Assembly (NCBI RefSeq): GCF_009914755.1
Contig: NC_060927.1
Length of the DNA: 64,000 bases
Source of the DNA: the human T2T-CHM13v2.0 reference genome, Homo sapiens
Direction: 5' to 3' (one strand)
Numbering within the stretch: the stretch's first letter is position 1; each line of letters opens with the position of its first letter. The notes beneath the pieces are model-generated. The model made no database searches, had not been told where the DNA came from, and was given only the letters and a program-made list of their open reading frames with translations. Positions 53,351 through 64,000 of the stretch are shown in pieces. Position numbers and translations under genes: made by a program.

Positions 53351-53867
53351 ACAAATATTTGTCTCTTCTTTTAAAAAACAAACCCATGGAGGAAAGAACC
53401 TTTTGAAAAAATTTTAAAGAATTTCGCAAGAACATCTGCATTTTAATGAAGTGGGTTATTTAGATTGCAACTGTATGGGGCAGTAGATTTCCTTTAATTA
53501 TGTGATTAGATAAATATTTATGTATTTTTTCTCTGTTGAAATCCAAGCTTCCTGTTGAGTCTAAATGCTGGCTCTCCCCTCTCCAGCTGGCAGAACCAGT
53601 TTTCAGGGCTGCTGGAGAAGATGCACATCAGATGCTGCTTCAAGGAGATAGGAAGTCATTGTTCATGGGCAGTTCTGTTTTGGAAGCCAGGCTAACTGGG
53701 ACCATAGTTTGATATTGCAGGGCGAGTCAAGAGTGCAGCTCTTGCTGCTGTCTAAACAGGCTCATGCTGTGTGGAGAAAAGGTTGCAGACTCTCTGAAGG
53801 CATCACCTTCTCTAAGTATCTCACCTTAAAACCACCAGGAGGAGGTTACCTGCAGATCCACCTAATT

Positions 53868-54289
53868 GTTGGTGGTGGATGATATGATGCCTAGCCTTCA
53901 TCTCCCTTTGAAGATGTAGAATTTATTCCCCCCACTGCGGCAAAGAGGGCCCTTAGCTCTGAGCTCCCTATGGGGATTTCCTTGGTTGAAGGAAGCTATC
54001 TTTCCTGGAGGGCATGCTGCTTTCCAGAGACATCCGATGCTATAAACATATGAAGACCTGGTCTCCTGTGCCAGTTTAGACAGCTCTGAAGGGCCATCCT
54101 GACTCCAGAGTCCCCACTCCTTGGGGTCAGCTGGGGCTTTGGTGAGGGGCTGCATTGTAGTTCAACTTCCTCTGCACCCTCCTACCTCCCACCGCTTCTT
54201 TCCACAGGTCTGATCCCAAAAGCACTCCCTAATCTGTGCACAAGAACCTCTGCTTCAGGGTTGGCTTCCAAGGGAGCCTATCTGTGAGA
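53868..54289 (+). mobile_element. LTR16-family (ERVL) LTR
   Basis: gacagctctgaagggccatcc...ctccagag...ttccacaggtctgatcccaaaagcactccctaat. Confidence 0.7.
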
Positions 54290-57200
54290 GGGATGACAGG
54301 AAGTAAATAGTATGACACTACTCAAGATCGGGCAGACATGGCATCAACAGGCAAATGCTGAAAGGAAGTGAAAGAAAGCAGCTGGGGGTACAGGGAGAAG
54401 CAGACCACAGCGAAGACTCAAATGAAATAGGCAATGTTTGCCTTTCTCCTCAGCACTGCGTTGAGTGGAGTGTGATTCTGGGCCAGGGCCTGGGGCATCC
54501 TCAGTGAGGCTGACTGTAAGAAAACCTGTTCAGGCCAACATGGCAGCTGGGGAGAGGGAAGAACCAGGGCTGGGAGGAGAGGACTACTGAAATCGCCTTT
54601 CAGACACACATCAAACTCTTCAGAAACAGGTTCAGAGTTACTTCAAAGTAGACTTACTTCAAAGTGATGTTGAGAGATTTTAAAATAAACCACAGAGTTC
54701 TCAGAAATCTCCTCAGCTGCAGCAGCAGAGTGCACACCACCCCATCCTTATGTGGAAAGAAAATGAGATTCCAGAGATCTCTCTCATTAGCAGAGAGAAC
54801 AGCAGTCCACCTTTATCTCTGGTGATATGGAAACAAACTATTCACAGGCTTCTAGAAACATCTGGCCCCCATTCCACCTGTTTTGAATTCTCTTTTTTAT
54901 CGTATTAGCCACAGGCAGCCTAGTAAGTCTCCAGATGAGACCGTAAGTTTTAGGCACCGTTGCCTGATAAAGCTGAGACGATTTAACACAAGAGATGCTC
55001 ACTGTGCTTTCCTGACCAGTGAACAAAGAAAAAGCATAGCGGCCTCCATAGGTCTGCCCATCTCAAGGGAGGTAAGGGTGAACATTGCAAGAAAGAAAGA
55101 AGGTAGGAGCAGGAGTATGGCGGCAACTTAAAATAATGAGTGTAGTTATAATACTTGGTGTGCTTTTGTCCCCAAAAGCCAGCACAAGTCTGGCTGCCTG
55201 CACAGAGCCGCAACTCTTGAAAGGGTACCAGGAGAGCTATGTGAAAAGGTTTTTTTTTTTTTTTTTAAGTTATCCGTTAGATGCTCTGAAAAGGGCTTTG
55301 TACTGAGCTTAAGGCAGCTCAGTTTAGCAGTAGGTAGAACATTGTTAAAATGGATAAAAATGGGAGATAAGCTTTGCTCCCATAATCTGCTTCCAATGGA
55401 TATGGAAAAGAAAAGAAGTGGCTCCTTAGAGACATATTGTTGTTGCACTTATTGGGCTCAAAGGCCTTCCTCTGGAATTAATATTTACCTCCAATTACAG
55501 TTTCCTGGCGTAAGGAGTCCCTATTGATGATCCTATTCTGAAAAGCTTTGATTTATTGAGTAAGTAGGCAAATCCACTCACTTAGGTACTCCATCCCAGA
55601 AAGCAGCCAATGAAAAGATTAAAATCAGAGCAGGAGGAATGCTTTATTTACACTTATTTGAAGTTCAGACCTTCACTCCTCTCTCCCCACTCCCTTGGAG
55701 CAGAATGGCTCCAAGAAGTTTTGCTCTGCTTTTAGAAAGCTCACATCTGCCTCCAGGCTGTAGCTCTGCCTTACTGTATTTTATGACCTTTGGACAGCTT
55801 TTCTGCCTCCTTGAAATTGGGATTTGGCCTGCATGAAAAAAAAAGTGTCGATGTATCACTTTGCTCACACTAAATGCATTCAAGTTGGTGAATAGAGGAC
55901 TAGCTGGACTTTGCAGAGACATCAAACATTGATTAAAAGCTCTGCTTTCTTTTCCCCATCCCCTATTTTTGCAAGGCATACAGAGCTCCAGTCCCTTCTC
56001 TGGATGGATGAAAGAACAAGGTGGAATTTTATCTCAAGAGAGGAAAAGAGAGGAAGCCAACAGAGGTCTTTCCCCTTGCCTAATGCTGCACAAGCATTTT
56101 GTTCTTTCCTAGGATCCTTTAGGACACTCTGGCTACAGTAATTGAGTTTCAGAGTGGTGGTTATCTAGAGGGTGCTGCAGGGATGAATGCTGTGCTGTGC
56201 TGTGCTGTAGCAGGCCAGGATCTGATTACCCCTCACTGTAGATGGATGTGGCTGAGTGACTGAGCATGGAGGGGACTTAGTCCTCTGGAGCTTTAAGCTG
56301 TGGCCAGCCCTAGCCTTTCTGGGATCACATGCATTACCAGTGCTTCCCAGAGGGATGTGTAATGCTAATAGATGTAAGAGAATGTCTTCAAATTAATGTT
56401 CTAATACTTTATATAAGAAGGTGAAGAAAAAGGGGATAAAGAAAAAAACATTTTTAATAAAGAGAGAAAAAGTTCTTCACATTTAACTCACCAGAGACTG
56501 CCTGCCCACAGGGGACGGACCAAAAATATGTGCAATTTTTCCCTACAATCAAGCATGTCTGGACATCTCAGGATTTCTCTTTCTCCTTCTAGAAGCCAGG
56601 AGAAGGGCTTGAGGCCCAGCCATCTCTAGAGTTTTGGATCGGCCTTTCAGAGATCACCATCTAAGAGACTCTCCAGACAAAGGTATGGAGAAGAGACAAC
56701 CAGCTGGTGTGATTAACCACCTGATTCCACAGCAGGGGAGAAGTGAGATAAGAGGGAATGGAAAATATAGCAAAACATAACCATGGCAATGATAAAATAA
56801 GGAAAAGTGTTCTTGCAGCCATTCTCTGTTTCAGTAAAAGTCCCAATATGGTAACCCCAGGGTCAGGATATGATGCCTTGGGACTTTTATTCTGCTTTTA
56901 TCCCTCTGAACAGGAGTCAGGTCTATGGCTGGGAAGCTCCTGTCAGTGAATATTTTCTATTCTTTCTTTGTTATGGTTTTCCTTTTCAAGCTCCCAAACA
57001 CGATTATTTTGCCAGGAGAGTGTTTTCTTGTATGTGAAAGGTTTCAGAGATTATTTATGAAAAGCATCTGCAGACAATAATTGGGGAATGTGTTAAACCT
57101 GCCATCAACTTGCTTTATTGATGTGAGAGCCTAGGTGGGTCCCAGTGCAGAATAGGCTTTTCCCCATGTAAGCGAGCTACTGAAAAGGCTGTGTTGCTGA

Positions 57201-58395
57201 AAAGGGCAAGTCCAACAGAGGCAGACGCTCAAGAGGAAAGGACAAGGGGAAAGCAGAGGGGTGGAAACTGAGCCAGGAGTCCTGAGACAAAGCCCATGAT
57301 GATAAAAACAAAAGCTTCTGGAGATGTTCAAAAGGAAAACTGGTTATCACAGAAACTCCTCCAAAACCGATCTTTTCAGGCATTAAGCCACTTTCTCCAT
57401 GTATGGTGAGGAGAAATGAGAGAGTATGTATATCAAAAGAACCTCATTTGGGTGGCAGGATTCCCATCTGTTTAGTTTTAGTAAAAGTCTCCCCCTGTCG
57501 CCTAACATAGCATTTATTTCTGTCGTAGAGAAATCCAACCTTGCTTGACTTGGTTTATAGCACCCGGACAAATGGTAATTATCAGCCTGTAATTCCCTTG
57601 AGGGGAGCTGATGTTTCAATAAATTATAAGAGCTGAGCTTGAGTGGTTTATGGCACCATCAAAACCTTGATATGGACATATAATCTTATAACCACAACTT
57701 GCTAGGAAATAGGTGTTTGCACAATAGGTGATTTAGGAGTCTCCTGTACCTCTCAGAGAGCAGGAGGCCTGCCAGGATGATCCCCAGCAGCCCCTAAGCC
57801 ACCTCTCAATGAAATCAAGACACTTCCTCCCTCAAAAGTTTGCCAAGGTTTCTCCAAGTTGAACATATTTGGATCTACACTGGTACACACATCTATAAGA
57901 CCTGGTGATCCCCCAAAATAGTTATGTGACCATAGGTATTTTCACAAATGCTTAACATGTTCACAGGCATCTCACAGCAAGGAGGAGGTTCACACATCAC
58001 ATCCAAGGACACAGAGAAAGAGGGGGTGCCTAAATCTACAAGCAACCTTGATCACTGTCATTTAATATTAAAATTTATAAGATCTCCTGTTTTCAAAATG
58101 TGTTAGAGCCGTATTAGAAGCAAGAGGGAACAAGACATTCCATAGATATTTATTGTGAGGCTCCATTGTGGCCACATAGAATTGTCCAATTAAAAAGTCA
58201 GATGAAAGATAGAAATATGGCAGGATTGCTAAAAAGCACTGAAAATGAATATTATTTCTTTAATTTATTTATAACTTATACCCTCTGACTTCCAAAAGGA
58301 TTTTGAAGTCACTTAGAATACAATGCCATGATATATATAAATGCCAAACATATTGTATTATAAAATATATTCTATTATAGATATGTACAAATGCA

Positions 58396-58421
58396 TGTGT
58401 GTGTGTGTGTGTCTGTGTGTG
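58396..58421. repeat. Imperfect (TG)n
   Basis: Read directly. Confidence 0.85.
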
Positions 58422-59939
58422 ATTTTTCAAATGTGTCAGAGGAAAAGTGGGAGAGAATTATGTTGGCAATCAAAAAGTAAGTTAAAGCAACTTGGCTCTA
58501 AATTTCTCCTTAAACTTCTTGGAAAAAGAAAAGAAGATAAACACTACATAATTCTTGGGGAAACAGAGGTTCCAGTAAGAAACTTGCTGTGTCATGCCTT
58601 AGGCAATGCAGTGGTGGCTCCAAGGACCTAGTCTCTAAAATACAGGGCCAGGTAAATTGCCATTTGTCACCAGTCAGGTCTTCCACCTGTCTGTACCCAC
58701 ACGATGTCAAACAAATCACTTTCATCCATAGACTGTCTCATACAGAGAAAATATCTAGGGGCGTTTTTGTGCATGTGGTCACAAAACATGAAGGCCACAA
58801 TCCCATAACTAGACCTCAGGTTTCAGAAAAGAAAAGCTGATCTTCACAACAGTGGTAGTAACTAGGCTTTATAAATCCTTGAAATAAACCAATTACTGCT
58901 TTTGACAGGCAAAGGCTTTAGCATGAAAGGAAGGTTACCTACCAGTATCATTTCCACACACTACCTAAATCTAGTGCCATGTTTTTAGTGTCCTTTCTAA
59001 AAAGCATCTATGCCCCAAGCTGCTTCACAAACTTTGGCATCAACAGCCATTTCCCTTATAATCTTTGTCCTATGTATATGAAACATCTGAATATCAATGT
59101 CCAAAGATTTTCAAAAGTACTTATTTTCAAAAGTATTTATTGGTCTTCCACATCTGTGCATAACTGAATCCAGGGCACTCTGGAGAGAATGTTGTTTTGT
59201 TGGATAGATAATCTATTTTTATAGGAATAAATGCAGACTGGCTGAAAGTATTAATAGGAATAGTCACATTATAAAACTTCATACAATAAAATATGTTTAG
59301 ACTTCAATATCAGCTCAAGAGATCTATCTCACCAAATGTGTATGCTTCTTTTAATTTGACAATAGGAAGTACACAATCCATTCTTTGGTTTATCCAAAGA
59401 AGCACAGAGCTGAATCTAACTGAAGTGACAAATTAATCCTGGTAGTTCTACTCCTCTTAATTGATCTCTTAAATGCTTCTGTTTTTATTTTTAATTGTGC
59501 TGTTACTGTAAACTGCCTCAAAGCCTTTTAGAAAACGCATAAATCATGTATAAACAAATGTATAAAATACAAATACTTTCTACAGGGGCTTAGATAAATT
59601 GTAAGAGGAACCAGTAAATTCATATCAGAGTACAAGAGAAATTGGAGAATTAAAGTTCTTTGCAGTGTCCCAGGAGCTGCCCCTTGTAAACTATGGTAGA
59701 GATGATCCATAAAGCCAAACAATTCACAACTCAAACCAATACCAGGGGGAATTCAGGGTTTGCTTTTCATTTCAATAATGTAGATTTGCGACACCTAAAT
59801 CAAAGTCACCAGGCAGATTCAAATGCCTTCAAGTTCCAAGTGGGTAACATAAATAAGTGATATGATTAATAACAACAGGCAAGTGGGAGCTAGGCATTAT
59901 GGAGAAATAGAAAATGTGCCTCTCCACTATTTAAATTTA

Positions 59940-60262
59940 AATTTTTATAAAACATGCTTCAGGCCAAACAAAACACATCTCCTGGCCACAGTCAATGGCT
60001 CAATGGCCATTTTGTGACTCCTGATCTAAATAATCAGTCTATTTCACTCCACTAAATTTTTGCAACAGTGGAACTATTGGCATTTGGAGTACAACAAATT
60101 TTTTTACTGGGCAGGACTTTCCTGCTCATTGCAAGTCAATGGATGCCTGACTCTCCCAGGTACCAAAAACTATAATATGCTTCAGAAAACTAAAAATGTC
60201 GCCTCTTCCAACATCTCAAACGTGTGCCTGCCCCACCTACTTATCCAGGGTAAGAACTAGTG
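59940..60262. mobile_element. Old hAT-Charlie MITE fragments (MER103-like, then MER20-like)
   Basis: ggccaaacaaaacacatct...gtgactcctgatctaa; actattggcatttgg...ggactttcctgctcattgc...aagaactagtg. Confidence 0.4.
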
Positions 60263-61534
60263 TGTCTAATTCCTTGGCTAACTCATTCTATCTCTTGACA
60301 TCTTCATGTTTCACCTCGTATTTTTGCTTCCTATGATTTTTAGGATTTAAGGATAGTATATTACCTGACTCTTTCCTTTGTCTTACACTGGATTAGAAAG
60401 GGGGGTAGTATGAAGAGGTTGGCAGGAAATGTGAAGATAACGAGATAAGGAGGAGAAGGAAAGATCAAAGGCAAGTCAATGCAGTCACTAGGTAAAGGAA
60501 ACAGCCGGAAAAGTATGTGGGGAGGGAGGCTGAACCCGTCATCTTTGTTATTGCTACCACCACACAGTTTTCCAAAGTTGTTCTCTTTCATCCTCTTCTA
60601 TCAGCTTGGAACTTTCCCAGAAAGCCCAATTTGAGAAACTCTACATTTTGTATCTTTGGCCTCTAAATAAAGGTAAAATCCCGTCTTAATGACTATCATT
60701 TATAACACTCAGTTCTACATAATGAGGCCATTGCCAACTCATGGTCGATAGCCCACACTAACCCAAGGTTGCTGGTATGGATATAATTAGCTCCCTTAAA
60801 TGAAAATCTTATGTAGAACAGATGTATTCTAAAGTCCTTGTTCATTTACCAGCCAACCTAGTTAATATGCCTATTATATAGTGTTACACTCAGCAATAGC
60901 AATTACTTTAGAATGATCACATGTTATAATATTCTTAGTAAATCTGGCATCAATTCTCAAAATTGGGCTTTTCTTGTTTTCTTTTTTTGCATGGAGAGTT
61001 CTTGCTACCTATAGGACTTAATGGCTGTAGACATTCCCCCTGATGGGGCAGTGGCCCTCACATTTTTAAGGAAGGTAGGAAGGTCTCAGAGATTTGAAGA
61101 CTTGAAGCTGTTTAGAGATAAAGTTGTTAACAGAGAAGAGAAAACAAGCCAAGGTGGGGGTAGTGGTGTGGGAATATGAGTGTCAGACAATTTCAAAATA
61201 GAGGATAGTTAGAGATAGGTAAAGCAGAGGAGAAGACTCAGACTGGGGGAAAGTCAGGAAGTGTAAATGATTCTAAGTGTAATGGTTTTGGCAGAAGAGC
61301 CAAGACTAGCAGGGCTGAGGGGAACGTGAGGGAGAAAGAGTCCTCTGAACCTTCCTCTAAGTCTTAGTATAAAGTGGGCATTTGAATGTAATGTCTACAT
61401 TTAATGACAGAAAAGGGAGGATTGCAAAATGAGAGGTTACTAACAAGTTTCTACAGCCTCAGAAATTGACTCAAGGTAACTGGATATTTTCTTTTAAAAT
61501 ATCTGTACCTTTTAATAATGACAGTATCAAAACC

Positions 61535-61745
61535 AATATTTATTAGTTATGTTCTTGGCACTGTGCTGTCAACTTTACATGGATTTGTTGTTTTCATCTT
61601 CTCAACAGTGCTATGGACACCCTCATTTTACAGTGAAGAAACTAAGAAGGTGAGGGTTAAATAACTTGTCTGAAGTCTTGTGAGTACTAAGGGAGAGAGA
61701 AAGGATTTACATGAAATTATCTGATCTCATTAGGCTCCCCAGCCT
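61535..61745 (-). mobile_element. MIR fragment
   Basis: ggcactgtgct...ctttacatgg...ctcattttacag...gaaactaag...ggttaaataacttg. Confidence 0.65.
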
Positions 61746-61779
61746 CCTTCCCCATCTAACACTGCTATTTCCTGGATGA

Positions 61780-62284
61780 CAGACCTCTTGAGAGCTACCA
61801 TGACATCCCCAAGAGTGGGTTCAGAAGCCCTGTGTGTCCTGTCCCCTCCCCAGATCAGAGTTGTTCAAATCAAGATGGGCACATGGCCCCAAGTCAGTCC
61901 ACTCAGATTTGCCTCCTCAAGAATTTGGGATTAGTATAGAAATAACCGGTCAGTCAGTCTGATTGGTCTTATTTATTTATTTTTTCTTTTTTTGCTGAGA
62001 AACTGTCAATGCAGGCACTATGCAATATCTACCTTATTCTCTTCAGGTCTATTGAAAGGCAGAAGGAGAGAAACAAGTGGAAGGACATAGAACAGCAATA
62101 GAAAGTGAGCCCTCTCTAAATACTTGATGGGTGTCCAGATCCTTTGAGTCCTGTCTGAGGTCCAGCTCTTTTCCTGTCACCGGATGCAATGAGACCTCCT
62201 CTATCCTCATAAGAAATACCCCCGTTTTTTTCAAGCTGCTCTGGGTTGGTTTCCATCACTTACAATGAGAGTCAACTAAAATAC
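61780..62284 (+). mobile_element. Old MaLR LTR (MLT1I/J-like)
   Basis: gatgggcacatggccccaag...cctgtctgaggtccagc...caagctgctctgggttggtttccatcacttacaa. Confidence 0.55.
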
Positions 62285-62715
62285 CATACAGACCTCCAAT
62301 GTATGGTTTCTATCTCCCCATATTTATTTTACTATCCTAAGCACTTGTCTCTTTCAACAGCATTTTCTGTTATCTTGCAGTTGAGGGACCCTTTCCTAAA
62401 TCCCACTGAGATTTAGGCTTAGCATAAAAACAATACTGTACGCACAAGCAGACCTCCATCATCTATTAGAAAGACTGGCAACAAAATAACCCAACCAAGC
62501 CCACTGAAAGTTGGATCTCCGCACCCAAATCTCACACGGTTTATTGTGAATATTCATGAGCACTTTCACATAGGAACTGAACAAATGAATAAACTTAGAG
62601 CCATACCTTCATTTGAAATTCCCCAAATAGTTTACTATCTTGAGTTTGATAGTGTTATAAATATAGAGAATATAGTAAACATTGGCTTTATGGAAATGGT
62701 TAAAAAAATAATAAC

Positions 62716-64000
<1,285 letters not shown>

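Overview
Human genomic DNA: it contains a human-specific AluYb8 and a typical primate repeat landscape. It is intronic or intergenic in character, AT-rich, with many old L2/MIR fragments, hAT MITEs (MER5, MER30), MaLR/ERVL/ERV1 solo LTRs, nine Alus and six L1 pieces. The L1s include a near full-length old L1MA with an internal ORF2 deletion, a 5'-truncated L1PA3 and a 5'-inverted L1PA that runs off the window end. I recognise no host protein-coding gene; the only ORFs with clear homology are L1 ORF1/ORF2 remnants. There is no RNA gene, CRISPR array or prokaryote-type system. The signals least explained by repeats are: (1) a 54-bp, 53/54-identical inverted repeat in apparently unique DNA (29855-30235); (2) two + strand candidate exons (ending 34770, and a 20-nt exon at 37460-37479) that splice in frame to MNLMTTEGPALTPQQ-MAKENP; (3) a - strand AG|GTAAGT recursive-splice-like site at ~10863, alongside an L1/LTR orientation bias that hints at - strand host transcription; (4) a possible L1 3' transduction at 27769-28856. 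Repeat subfamily names come from my recall of consensus sequences, and boundaries of old repeats are approximate.
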